64,000 nucleotides of DNA from Octopus vulgaris. Lineage: Eukaryota. Below the pieces are notes generated by a model that searched no databases, was not told the origin of the DNA, and saw nothing but the letters and a program-made list of their open reading frames with translations. The position numbers and the translations under genes were made by a program. How positions within the stretch are numbered: position 1 is the first letter of the stretch; every line of letters starts with the position of its first letter. This document shows positions 29,456-43,728 of the stretch, in pieces. Location of the stretch: positions 55,552,001 through 55,616,000 of the forward strand of contig OX597826.1 of the NCBI GenBank assembly GCA_951406725.2. The letters are read 5' to 3'.

Positions 29456-29726
29456 AACTGCAACACTTGCCTAACATGCTACGCAGTTGAACTGAATCCG
29501 AAGCTAGAAGATGCAATGCGAGCTTTGTTAAGTGCACAACTATGCATACGCTTTATATCCTCGCTTTTCCATATTAATAACTACTATCTTTTATCAATAA
29601 AACAGAGTTGTGACATAAGAGTTACGTGTACTTGCTGTTGTTATTTAATTTCATGTCAGCTGACTGTACAAACTTTGAAAAATGTATTCCAGCTTATTAC
29701 TGATTCTTTTCTGGATATGGGGTTAA

Positions 29727-29950
29727 TTCTTTTACTCTTTTACTTGTTTCAGTCATTTGACTGCGGCCATGCTGGAGCACCGCCTTTAATCGAGTAACTC
29801 GACCCCGGGACTTATTCTCTATTGTAAGCTCAGTACTTATTCTATCGGTCTCTTTGGCCGAACCGCTAAGTGACAGGGACATAAACACACCAGCATCGGT
29901 TGTCAAGCAATGTTAGGGGGACAAACACAGACACACAAACACACACAACC

Positions 29951-29983
<33 letters not shown>

Positions 29984-30148
29984 TACGACGGGCTTCTTTC
30001 AGTTTCCGTCTACCAAAGTCGCTCACAAGGCTTTGGTCGGCCCGAGGCTATAGTAGAAGATACTTACCCAAGGTGCCACGCAGTGGGACTGAACCCGGAA
30101 CCATGCGGTTGGTAGACAAGCTACTTACCACACAGCCACTCGTGCGCC
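29727..30148 (-). mobile_element. SINE-A full length
   Basis: Colinear with other copies. Confidence 0.95.
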
Positions 30149-30264
30149 AATCCCGGTATCACGTTGTATCCTTAATTGTTCATATGATTTAAACTTATTT
30201 CATATACATCATTAACATAAATTATCTTTACAGTTCCTCAATTTATTATATCTATTAAAGTTAG

Positions 30265-30700
30265 TGAAAGCACGAGGCTTAGGGGTTAGGTTATCCGATT
30301 CACGATCGTAAGGTCGTGACTTCAATTCCCGGTTATCACGTTGTATCCCTAAGCAAGTCACTTTACTTCACGTTGCCTCAGTCCACTCAGCTGGCAAAAA
30401 TGAGTAGTACCTATTTCTTTATTACCCACGAGGGGCTACACAGAGAGGGGACAAACAAGGACAGACATAGGTATTAAGTCGATTACATCGACCCCAGTGC
30501 GTAACTGGTACTTAATTTATCGACCTCGAAAGGATGAAAGGCAAAGTCGACCTTGGCGGAATTTGAACACACAACGTAACGGCAGACGAAATACGGCTAC
30601 GCATTTCGCCCGGCGTGCTAACGTTTTTGCCAGCTCTCCGCAGGCTATACCGTTCATCGGATCAATTGGAATCCTCGTCGTCGTAAGTGACGGAGTACCA
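30265..30700 (+). mobile_element. SINE-C (CORE-like) with tail 2, interrupted by SINE-B
   Basis: Head and CORE-like part 30265-30410; resumes 30642-30700 with AGGCTATACCGTTCATCGGATCAA...CGTCGTAAGTGACGGAGT, the tail of the 31757 element. Confidence 0.75.
30411..30641 (-). mobile_element. SINE-B full length
   Basis: Reverse complement of 37911-38110 including tail ...GTGGGTAATAAAGAAATA. Confidence 0.92.
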
Positions 30701-30814
30701 GTTATTAAAGATAAGAGACATCAGTCAACTTATTTGCATGTTGTATTTACCGAAAAATGAATATAGTTACTGGAGGAAGTCATAAAATGTAAAAGAAAAT
30801 AATAATAAAGAATG

Positions 30815-31632
30815 ACGCTTTCCCAAATAAAACTTTCTCAAACCGGGGATTGGAAGAGGTTGTCAGGTTCCATGGCTACCAGTCACAAATATAATCCCTC
30901 GAGATTTCTTATAAGGTTATATTAAAGACAGAGTCTATTACTGTTTTACTGTTTTACTTGTTTCAGTCATTTGACTGAGGCCATTCTGGAGCACAGCCTT
31001 TAGTCGTGCAAATCGATCACAGGACTTATTCTTTGTAAGCCTAGTACTTATTCTATCGGTCACCATTGCCGAACCGCTAAGTTACGAGGACGTAAACACA
31101 CCAGCATCGGTTGTCAACCGATGTTGTGGCAACAAACACAGACACACACACATACACACACACACATATATATATATATATGCATATATACAACGGGCTT
31201 CTTTCAGTTTCCTTCTACTAAATGCACTCACAAGGCTTTATTCGGCGCGAGGCTATAGTAGAAGACGCTTGCCCAAGATGCCACACAGTGGGACTGAATC
31301 CGGAACCGTGTGGTTGGTAAGCAAGCTACTTACCGCACATCCACTCCTGCGTCTATTGTGCAAAAGTTCAAGACAACAATGATTTCAAGGAAAAAATACG
31401 CCAAGTCATCCAACGCTTATGAAGGGATGCTGCAACGCACTAGGTCGGAAATTGAACGACGTCTAGATGTGCTGCGTTCAGCCAATGGACTCCACGCGGA
31501 AGTGCTCTGATCTCTCTAACACATCATTATTTGTTAACCTATATTTTTCAAGTAAACTCTACTGAGCTATCTTTAGTTTTCATTTCCTGCTGAATGTTTT
31601 AAACCATAAATGTAATTTATGGGCACTCTGTA
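30815..31632 (+). mobile_element. Tc1/mariner (DD41D rosa-like) transposon 3' part, split by SINE-A
   Basis: NKTFSNR.IGRG..VPWLP...IIPRDFL*GYIKDRVY | CAKVQD..DFKEKIRQ...MLQRTRSEIERRLDVLRSANGLHAE*; ends GGGCACTCTG|TA. Confidence 0.85.
30940..31352 (-). mobile_element. SINE-A full length with candidate TSD GTCTATT
   Basis: GTCTATT at 30933-30939 and 31351-31357; removing the insert restores the transposase frame. Confidence 0.93.
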
Positions 31633-31756
31633 CATTCGCTAACATCAACGTACGTCTGGTGCATATACAGACAATGCTCATTACTGAACATACTGCGCAC
31701 CAAACACCAGAAACAGCTGTAAAGGAATACCCATATGTTCCACTATATTATTAATG

Positions 31757-32082
31757 GATGGAAGCACTCCGTCGGTTACGACGATGAGAGTTCCTGTTGA
31801 TCCGAATCAACGGAACAGCCTGCTCGTGAAATTAACGTGTAAGTGGCTGAGTACTCCACAGACACGTGTACCCTTAACGTAGTTCTCGGGGATATTCAGC
31901 GTGACACGGAGAGTGAAAGGCCGGCCCTTTGAAATACAGGTACAACAGAAACAGGAAGTAAGAGTGAGAGAAAGTTGTGGTGAAAGAGTACAGCAGGGAT
32001 CACCACCATCCCCTGCCGGAGCCACGTGGAGCTTTAGGTGTTTTCGCTAAATAAACACTCACAACGCCCGGTCTGGGAAATC
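31757..32082 (-). mobile_element. SINE-D central domain with tail 2 (head truncated)
   Basis: Minus strand GTGTTTATTTAGCGAAAACACCTAAAGCTCC...CACAACTTTCTCTCACTC as in 12070-12165, then a different 3' body. Confidence 0.85.
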
Positions 32083-32869
32083 TTATTAATAATACGTTTC
32101 ACATATGAACTCTGGATTATTAGCAACGTATACTAAATAAAAAACAATATGAAGAGCTACTCTCTTTTATCTGTGACATTATAGCATTAAATTTCAAGTT
32201 ATATATTCCTCTATGAAGAATTACTGAGAACTCTCGTTTTGCCGATTTTCCTGCCTTTTTTCTGCATAACATATCTATTTATCTACCTAACTATCTCTCT
32301 ATCTATCTATCTATCTTTATACTAACTTCTGAATAGTTACTCTAGAAATGGTTCGGTGCCATTAACAGCCGCCTGGTCATCTGTTTCTTTTTGTTGTTAT
32401 TATTTCATTGTACTTCCAACCTAAACCTATTATTAATAACATCGACACCAGAATTTAATAGTTAAATAGTTTCTCAACATTAGAAGAATTAAAAGCAAAA
32501 GTTGATGCGAGTTAAAACTCCACAGAGTTTTCTTGCAGGTATGGTAATAGGCGAAGTTATAATTAAATCTTTGGCGCGGGTGGGTGGGGTGAAGGTGTGG
32601 GTAAAAATAAATGAGAAAAAGCTTGCATGATAAGGCAGGCGTTTGGGAACTGTTTATCGAGAAAGATATACACATAAATCAGTTGATTAAATTGATTATC
32701 TCTAGAGTCGGCATCTTAACGAAATGCCATCTATGGCCGATGAAAATAAGAGAACTGAGCTAGCTGAAGAAATAAATCGAATTATAATCATTCAAAAATA
32801 TCTGTCTTAACATCTAACTTTGACAGACGGAAGCACTGTCTTAAAAATAACAGCCTACATGTGTGTGTC

Positions 32870-32933
<64 letters not shown>

Positions 32934-33112
32934 TATATTATGTTATATTATATTATATTATATTATATTATATCATATTATATTATATTATATATTGTAT
33001 TATATTATAACATATTATATACACTGGGAGAGAGAGAGAGAGAGAAAGAGAGTGTGTGGGAAATATAATCTGCCAATCTTTTCAGTCTTTAAATCGACGT
33101 CTTTAATCACAG

Positions 33113-33188
<76 letters not shown>

Positions 33189-33948
33189 AATGTCTCACTA
33201 CCGTTGTCTGTCTGTCTGTCTGTCTGTCAGTCTGTATCAATTCATATATCACACATTTTCCTATCTTTATTTTTATCGCTATATCTTTACATCTCGCGCT
33301 CTTTCCTTTTTAATTCTTTCAATCTTTCGTTCTTTTTCTTTTCCTTCTTTTATATTAAATTCATGCGAATTTCTTTCTTTCTTTATCGTTTTCCTTTTTA
33401 ATTCCTATTCTCTTTACCTTCTTCGTTTCCTTCAAAATTTGTCTTTCTTCATGAGTTACTCTGCTGATTTCTCTTCAACTCTTTTTGCTCTCTATGTCTG
33501 TCTTCTATTTCTTACTTTGGTACTTAATCTTACTTCTCTCTCAGTGCAGTGCCTCTATCTACTGTTCCGTTTATTCGTCTTACTTTTTCTCTTCTCTTTC
33601 GATCTACTGTCATTCTCCCTCCTCCCATCTCTACGTATACATCTTTCGGTATGTCTGTCTGTCTACGTATCTATCTCTCTATCTCTATCTATCTGAGTAT
33701 CTATCTGTCTGTTTGTCTGAATGTCTTTCTATATGCTGCCTATTTCTCTTTCATATACAGCACTATCTATGTATCTGCGTATGTATGTATGTATGTATGT
33801 ATGTATGTATGTATGTATGTATGTATGTATGTATGTATGTATGTATGTATGTATGTATGTATGTATGTATGTATGTATGTATGTATGTATCTACCTACCT
33901 ATCTATCTATCTATATATCTATCTATCTATCTATCTATCTATCAATCA

Positions 33949-34568
33949 ATGGACACGCATCTAAACTATGTGGGGAGAGACAAAAACAGAAGGGGATGCA
34001 AATGCCTCAGAGACCTGCTCAGACGATTCCAACTGTCTGACAGGTACCGACTCGACCACCCAAATGCACCAACGTGGACATGGAGCAACCGCAGTGGGTC
34101 GTCGAGATCGTATCTAGATAGGATACTGTGTAGGACAGTAGACAGGGATAACTTAGGATGTCCACAATTCCACACAGTCAGCTACACGGATCACAAATTC
34201 GTGACGTGTACGCTAGACTTAGATAAGGCACATAGACAGGGTCCTGGTTACTGGAAATTGAACGCATCTTTCTCGTCTAGACAGATTTTCAGAGACAGAA
34301 TCAACACGTTAGTAAAAGGGCTTTAACGGGAGCCATTGTCAACAACAAATGGTGGTTCGCCCTCAAGAGAGCAGTAAAAGCGGAAGCAATTAGATATAGC
34401 CAGGCACTAGCCGTAGATAGAAATAGAGTGGAGGGTGAGTTAGTTAAGAAGTTAGAAGAGGCAATAAGAAGCGGCATCACATCCGACGTTTTAGCGGTGA
34501 GGTTGGCCCTTGACCAACACCCCAACGCCAAACACGAAGGGTGTGCTGTCAGGGCTAGAATGCGTGCT
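33949..34568 (+). mobile_element. Tx1/L1-clade LINE ORF2 fragment (APE endonuclease C-terminus + linker)
   Basis: LSDRYRLDHP..TWTWSN..SRSYLDRIL..SYTDHKFV..GPGYWKLNAS; after one frameshift WWFALKRAVK..IRYS..EGCAVRARMR. Confidence 0.92.
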
Positions 34569-34574
34569 ATACAT

Positions 34575-34753
34575 ATATATACGTATATACGACAGGCTTC
34601 TTTCCGTTTCCGTCTACCAAATCCACTCGCAAGGCTTTGGTCGGCCCGAGGCTATAGCAGAAGACTTTTGCCCAAGATGCCACGCAGTGGAATTGAACCC
34701 GGAATCATGTGGTTGGTAAGCAAGCTACGTACGACACAGTCACTCCTGCGCCT
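34575..34753 (-). mobile_element. SINE-A 5' half
   Basis: Matches 29985-30148; ends in the internal microsatellite. Confidence 0.9.
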
Positions 34754-34869
34754 AGTGTATTTTTCATTTTATTTATATATACATACACGCACATACAAAC
34801 ACATATACATAAAGATGGGAATGGTTAGTTCTGGAGAAACTTTGATCAATGTTCTGCTTAATCAGAGAT

Positions 34870-36390
34870 GGTCTACCACTAACCAACAACATAACGTAAA
34901 AAAGCATCAATATATCAATATATCCACCACCACCACCACCACAACCCGCCATAAGTCAAACAATTTCTATTACCACAGTTCAATCTACCAATATCAAAAC
35001 TACCTCAACTACATTGGCAACCATCACAACCACCATCATGATCATCATGATCATCATGATCATCATGGCCATCCATCAGTACCACCATCATCCACTCCCC
35101 TTTTCTTTCTCCTCTTCTTCCACATCATCATCGTCATCCATCAACATCACAATCACCATTTTGTTCGCCCTCCTCTTCCTCACCATCATCCTCACCACCA
35201 CCACCGTCATCATCATCAACACCATCATCTTCATCATCCTCACCACCATCACCATCATCATCAACACCATCATCTTCATCATCCTCACCACCACCACCAC
35301 CACCACCATCATCATCATCTTCATCATCATCATCATCAGCAGCAGCAGCAGTGTACCCACCAATACTGCAAACATCATCTGCACCGTCACCATCACCAAC
35401 GTATACTGTCAACACCAGCACCACCATCAGCTACGCTACCACCACCACCAACGTCCTTATGAATTTCACTAGTGCCAGATCAGCTCTTATATTAATAACA
35501 ATACTGTCACTTCAGTCGCAGCCACCAAAACCCTCGGCTCACCTCGGCAATAGGAATAGAAGGAAGGACCATCTCTATTGCTGCAAGTACCATCGCCTAA
35601 ATGGTTTACCAAAGCTGCCATCACCAACGTCGTCATCATCATCATCAACAACATCATCACCATCACTACCGCAGTACTACTAACACCACCACCACCACCG
35701 CCGCCGCTACTACCACCACCACCGGCGCTACTACCACCACCACCACTACCACCACCGGCACCGCCATTGCCGCTGCCGCCACCGCCACCGTAGTCGCCGT
35801 CGTCATCGTTGTCGTCATCATCATATTCATCATCACATTCATCGTATTTATAACCACCACCGTCATAACCCCCACTGTCATCACCACCAACACCACCACC
35901 ACCAACGCTGCCGCTACTGCCCCCACCACCAACGCCGCCGCCACCACCACCACCACCACCACCACCGCCGCCGCCGCCGCCACCTTCACCACCACTACCA
36001 CCATCACCACTACCACCACCACCTCCATGATCATCATCATCATGAGCCTCATCATCCCTTATGGTCATTAAATCCGACACACTAAACATAAATACCGTTA
36101 TATCAAAACCACCAGCGTCGTTACGATCCTTCAGAAATGCCGTCACCACCAAAACCAACTCCAAAACGACTACAACGAGCACCAATAACTGCAACACCAA
36201 CACGAATATCCGTACCAAAACAATCACTCCCACTACCACCACTGCCACGTCATCATTACAACCATCACGACCAAAGCCAAAACGATATAACCAGCGTTAT
36301 CACGACCACCATTGCAACAATTCCTGTAACAACAAAAACAACATCAAAAATAATAATAACAATATCAACAACAACAACAACAACAGCTAA
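34870..36390. repeat. 1.5-kb degenerate (CAC/CAT/CCG/CAA)n trinucleotide tract
   Basis: Directly visible; low complexity in all frames. Confidence 0.93.
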
Positions 36391-36999
36391 TACAATTGAT
36401 CAATAATAAATGTAAGAGAGATTTCTACTGGCGAGGAAGCTGGTTAATTTTCTCAGCACACAATACAATCTTTTCCAAAATGATTTATGAACCAAATGAC
36501 TAATAATGCAACCGCAAAAACACGGAGGGGAGAAACCAGCGTACAAGAGTGCGATTATTGAGTTGAATGGTTGCAGTTTTCTAATAAGAAACTATATGAT
36601 TCCATCAGCTCGTACAATGCCGATACGGTTCTTCAATATACTTAACTTGTATACTCGTTTTTACTTTCACCCTAGTTTCATTTTCTTGTTCCATCTCCTA
36701 GATAGATTTGGGATCCATTTTATTACTTATTCTTCTTACGCAATCAACCTGAGAAAATATACGCCATTAAAATGTATGCGCATGTGCGAAAGGAGAAACG
36801 TCTATGAAATTAACTGACGTGGTAAAAATAACAAGCATGTCTTATTAATTGAAGCTCTCCTCGCTCGTAACTTAAAATAAACGAAATCTCTTTTGGAAAA
36901 TATCTTCGCTAGGCGGGCTTTGATTGAATATTAAACGGGATGGTCAGAGACGGAATGATTTTTAGCATTGGTGTGAGTGTGACCGACTTCGATCGATGA

Positions 37000-37202
37000 A
37001 GACGCGTTGACCTTGTGGTTAGAGTATTGCACTCGCGATTAGAAAATCGTGGTTTCGATTCCAGAACAAGTGGTTGCATTGTGCTCAAGAAAAAAAGAAA
37101 AAGAAAAAAGCTTTATTTCTCATTGGTTTAACTCTGTTTACAGCCCACCGTTCCGTTCCGGTAGTATGTTGTGATCTCGGTCACCTATACGCCATGGAAA
37201 CT
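37000..37202 (+). mobile_element. Old SINE-C-like copy
   Basis: GTGGTTAGAGTATTGCACTCGCGAT...GGTTTCGATTCC head; ACCTATACGCCATGGAAAC resembles tail 1. Confidence 0.65.
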
Positions 37203-37887
37203 GTCGTCATCATCATCATCGTCGTCATCATCATCATCGTCGTCGTCGTCGTCGTCATAATCACCACCACCACCACCATCATGATGATCATCATCATTAT
37301 CTTCACCATAACCATCACCATCTCATTACCGTCATGATAACCATCACCATCTCATTACCGTCATGATGATCAGCATGATGATAATGATGATCATCATCTT
37401 CGCCAGCAGCAGTAGCAGCAGCATTACTTCATCATCATCATCATCTTCACCAGCAGCAGCATTATCGCAACAACCACCACTACCACCAGCACCGCTACCA
37501 CCATCATCATCATCATCATCATCATCATTATCATTATCACCTTTCATCATCACCCGACGAGCCCTAGGAGTCGCAACAGGATACATACCTACTGATCGAT
37601 CATAGCTAGGTTGTCAGTTAAACAATAATACCAAGAGCAACAACACTCACACTGTTTCAATCGACACTTCAATCGGACTTCCGGTTCAAATCCCGGTAGT
37701 TCTTATACTGACGTAGATATTTTAGCGAGCACAGAATACTGTTACTAATCCTCTTGTACCTAACTCCGATTAAACCGTTAAAAGAAAACAAAACAAAAGG
37801 AAAGAAAGAAAGGAAATGAGGAAGGAAGGAAGGAAGGAAGAAGGAAAGAAAGTAGGAAAGAAAGGAAAATATACAGGCATGATTGTT

Positions 37888-38331
37888 GAGGCGCAGGTAT
37901 GGATGTATGGGGGCAAAATGCTTTGCGGTATTTCGTCTGCCGTTACGTTGTGAGTTCAAACTCCGCCGAGGTCGACTTTGCCTTTCATCCTTTCGAGGTC
38001 GATAAATTAAGCACCAGTTACGCATTGGGGTCGATGTGATCGACTTAATACCTATGGCTGTCTTTGTTTGTCCCCTCTATGTTTAGCCCCTTGTGGGTAA
38101 TAAAGAAATAGGTATTGATGTATGGATACGGAGATCGCTTCGCAACTGCATGGTTTCGCGTTCAGGCCACTACGTGACACCATGGACATACGTCTTCCAT
38201 TGAAGCCACGGGACGACAAATGTCTCACGACTGAATTCTTTAGACGGAAACTGTGTGGAAGTCCATATCCTGTATATATGAATGTGTGAGTATGTGTGTG
38301 ACTGAATACGTGTGTATGTGTGCTTGCGTAT

Positions 38332-38364
<33 letters not shown>

Positions 38365-38365
38365 A
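37888..38365 (+). mobile_element. Old SINE-A 5' half interrupted by SINE-B
   Basis: GAGGCGCAGG head, resuming after 38125 to AGACGGAAACTG and (TG)n. Confidence 0.7.
37911..38110 (+). mobile_element. SINE-B, slightly 5'-truncated, with 16-bp TSD
   Basis: AGGTATGGATGTATGG (37895-37910) / AGGTATTGATGTATGG (38110-38125). Confidence 0.93.
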
Positions 38366-39243
38366 TTAAGTCAATAGATGTGACTTGAGGATGATTTCGT
38401 TATGTCTAGCAGGTCAAACGATCGCGCAGTCTCCCTCGCCCACTTGGGTTTTATTTATGGTACACTAATCTTGTCACTCCGTTTAACATCACCTTTAGCG
38501 GGATCTCTTCTCCGGCAGCCGTTCAGGGGTATATCCTCTAATCTAGGATGATCTCCTCTCGAGACATTACCCTTTCACCATTCACTATGCTATTAAAATA
38601 AAAAGCTAGACGAAGAATAAGACACCCCTGCAGAGGATCCCAGGACTGTAGTAGGAGAAACATACCCAATATGCAACGTAACAGAACTGAAGCCACAAAC
38701 AGGTGGTTGAGAAGGAAGCTTCTCACCACACAGCCTCACATTATTTTCAAGTTATGAATTGAGAAAAAGACTTTTCTTCCAATATTAGCAATTAGAATGA
38801 TCTCATAGTGGGATCCTCGCTCCCCGACTCGATCGGTGGTTTTTATTTTATTTATTTATTTATTTATTTATTTTTGTTTTGCGCATCAATATAAATTTTG
38901 AGAATATCTTTTACACACTTCTTGTTGGTTTATTATATACAGGGTATATTTATTTGTTTAAAATATTATTGGTATTTTGTTATGATATCCGCCCTGGACA
39001 CGCAATACTATGCTGAAATGAAGCGTTTTCAAGCCGAGATCAATTTGTAATTTATTATCAGACGTGTGAATAATTCTTATTCCAAATCGTAACCACGTCG
39101 TTTATCTACAATGTCACCTATTTACAACTAAGTGGACTGGGCCAATAACAGCTAAATGAAACCACTGACGAAGACATATTTCCGTAGAATCGGCAGGATA
39201 TTAATAATAACCATCCCTGCAGATAGGCCGCTGACATCTCTCT

Positions 39244-39990
<747 letters not shown>

Positions 39991-40031
39991 TATATATATG
40001 AGAGTGTGTGTGTGTGTGTGCATGCACACAA

Positions 40032-40064
<33 letters not shown>

Positions 40065-40093
40065 GATAGATATATATATATACGTATATACTA

Positions 40094-40305
40094 TTTACTC
40101 TTTACTCTTTTACTAGTTTCAGTCATTTGACTACGGCCATGCTGGAGCACCGCCTTTAGTCGAGCAAATCGACCGCAGGACTTATTCTATCGGTTTTTTT
40201 TGCCGAACCGCTAAGTTATGGGGACGTAAACACACCACCATCGGTTATCAAGCGATGTTGGGTGGACAGACACAGACACAGACGCGCACACACACATACA
40301 CATAG

Positions 40306-40370
<65 letters not shown>

Positions 40371-40543
40371 CATATATACGACGGGCTTATTTCAGTTTCC
40401 GTCTACCAAATCCACCCACAAAGCTTTGGTCGGCCCGAGGGTATAGTAGAAGGCACTTGTCCAAGGTGCCACACAGTGGGTCTGTACCCGGAACCATGTG
40501 GCTGGTAAGCAAGCTACTTAGCACACAGCCACTCCTGCGCCTA
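40094..40543 (-). mobile_element. SINE-A full length
   Basis: Colinear with other copies; small internal deletion near 40185. Confidence 0.95.
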
Positions 40544-40551
40544 TATATATA

Positions 40552-40701
40552 GAGACAGGTGTAGCTGCGTGGTAAGTTTCTTACTTTCCAACCGCATGGT
40601 TCCGTGTTCAGTCGCATGGCAACTTGAACAAGTATCTTCTACTAAGTCCGACCATAGGCTTGTGAATGGATTTGCTACATGGAAACTGAAAGCAGCTAGT
40701 C

Positions 40702-40776
<75 letters not shown>

Positions 40777-40967
40777 TGCCTTCGTTTGTCCCACATCACC
40801 GCTTGATAACCGGTGTTGTGTTTACATCCCTGTATCTTAGCAGTTCGGTAAAAGAGGCCGATAGCATATGTACGAGACTTTAAAAATAATTCCTGCTAAA
40901 ACCCTTCAAGGCGGTGCACCAGCATGGCCGCAGTCAAATAACTGAAACAAGTAAAAGAATAAAAGAA
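40552..40967 (+). mobile_element. SINE-A full length, diverged, head-to-head with previous copy
   Basis: CAGGTGTAGCTGCGTGGTAAG head to CTGAAACAAGTAAAAGAATAAAAG tail. Confidence 0.92.
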
Positions 40968-40976
40968 TGTGTTTGT

Positions 40977-41024
<48 letters not shown>

Positions 41025-42777
41025 ATACATAAAATCAGGAAGTGTGACAAGTGATGACCGATAAATTTTTTCATATAAGCTCCATCTAATTACGTACGTT
41101 TCATAGCCTAATTCACGTAACATTAATTTCAGTGTGCAAAACAAATTGTGCGTACATTTATGTACCAACATGCATGCTAGGCATTATACACCACATTCTA
41201 TATTCACAAATTGATGTAAATAAAGAGAGCTAACTCATCCTATGCATATTTATGCACCTATGTACGACTGCATAAATAAATAAACATGTATATGAATATA
41301 TATCAGTCTATGTATGTATATAACGGGAAGCTTTATGAAAATAAACAAAAGACGGAGGCAGGTGGAATACAAACAAACAATTGTATTAGTATGGCGCTCA
41401 GAAATATATGTATGTATGTATATATGAATGTATCTTTTTATGCATGCATGTCTAAATGTATATATGCATGTATGTATATATGTACATATGTCTACATATG
41501 TGTGTGTATGTGTGTGCGTGTAGTGTACTGTTACCTGATCGTGAAATCAACAAAAAAGTACCCCATTGGTTAGAGATAAATATTATTTAATAAACGCAAT
41601 ATATATTTATATATATATACATGTGTGTGTTTGTGTGTGAGTGTGTATGTGTGTGTGCGTGTGTGTATGTATATATGTATGTAACGTGTTGCCTCACTGT
41701 TATCCACATTCCAGTAACGGTCCATTGTTTTCTTGTTAGAAACCAGCTCCTACCTTGTAGAAAGGATTCAATTAATTGAAAAGAAGTAGAAACTATTCAC
41801 ACATACGAGATGGCAGTGGAATCTCTATGGAAAGTAATCATTTTCTGCACTGTCGTCCTCTTACCATTTAAGATGATGTGTCCTTTTGACTCGGGTTCCC
41901 ATGCTGGTGAAGACATACATTAATATGGCAAGACCATGACGTTAACATTTAGACATCGAAAGCACTCTTGCAGTGGACGCAGGCATATACATACAAATAC
42001 GTGAATACATACAGGCGTTTCTATGAGTGTGTTTGTGTCTATGTAAGTGTGTGCATACACAAATGGATACGTAGCGATACGAATATAATCACATACGCGG
42101 ATACGTAGATAATGTTATCGTCTGGCGTGAGCACATACATCCACAGAAAGACATACACACACCAGAAGAATTATACCCAAACTCCCAAAAGAACGTCAAA
42201 TCATGACAGTTAATTAATTAAATAATTAATAAATTAATTAATGCTAACTATTAGCCTATCACAGAGATCCTCGTATCTAATTAACGTTACATATAATTTC
42301 GCTGGTAATTTTCTCAACGAAAGTGAAAGTGAAACTAGAATGATATAGAAATCACCAAGAACAAAAAAAGAAAAAAGAAAAAAGAAAAAAGAAAAGAACA
42401 CCTACATATGACGCACGAATCGATTCGAATACATAATAAAACACAAAGGAAATAACTCCCAAGATTCATAGCGTAATTTGCAGGTAATAGGAAACAAGAT
42501 CGCGCGACCAAGAAACACATCAGCAAGATATAAAATATATATTCAAGAGAGAACATTAAATATCTTCCCTCTTACATCTCTTAATCATCTCTGCTAACTT
42601 TTCATCGCGTTCCATTTCATTTATTTATCTATTTTATAATTATTTTATGGAATTTTTTGTTATTTTGCCTTCATTCCTTCATTTACTTCTAGTTGTGTTT
42701 CGTGGATTTGATTTAATAATTTTTGCTTTGTTTTGTTGTTGTTGTTGTTGTTGTATGAATATGTGCATGAGTGTTTA

Positions 42778-42813
<36 letters not shown>

Positions 42814-42971
42814 TGTATGCACGTGTGTATGTTGTGATACTTTTTAGTATTTTTTTTTTCGTTTTAGTTTTCATTTCTGCTTTTGTCAAGGTATTTTGTA
42901 ACTGCAGTTACTTATGGTGTGTATGTTCGCAAGTGTTTATATATATATATATGTGTGTATATAGACTTACA

Positions 42972-43022
<51 letters not shown>

Positions 43023-43147
43023 GTATATATAAGTATATGTATAAGTATGTATGTATATCTATCTATTCCTCTATATATATATATATCTATATCTGTATAT
43101 ATCTGTCTATCTTCCTCTCTATATATATGTACAAACAGATATATACA

Positions 43148-43205
<58 letters not shown>

Positions 43206-43605
43206 CACATACATACATAGACACACATACATGCACACTTAGAATTATTCCTTTCATATTACATACATGCAGAGATAGATCTACATGCTTTAGTTTATAC
43301 ATCTGTGTATATATATATATGTAAGTATATGTGGGAATGTATATGCTTGTAAGTGTATATGTGTGTGTATGCGTGTGTTATGAGCAATATTAAATTGCAT
43401 TCAAGTTAAGTAACACATATAAAATACAAATGATTTCAGTTAAATTTGTGTGTGTGTGTGCGCGCGCATGTGTGCATTCATGTGAATGTGTATACCTGTG
43501 AACGCGTTTGACTATGCATGTGTGTATGACTGTATATTTGTATGCGTCTTTAAACATTCCATTACAATGAATATATATATATATAAGTGTGTGTGTATGT
43601 ATGTA

Positions 43606-43644
<39 letters not shown>

Positions 43645-43675
43645 ATATATATATATGTATATATATAAACATATA

Positions 43676-43728
<53 letters not shown>

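Noticed and set aside
34428-36406. His/Thr/Pro/Gly-rich ORFs up to 344 aa
   Set aside because: Chimera of Tx1 fragment, SINE and CAC/CAT microsatellite; open in several frames on both strands simply because the repeat lacks stops
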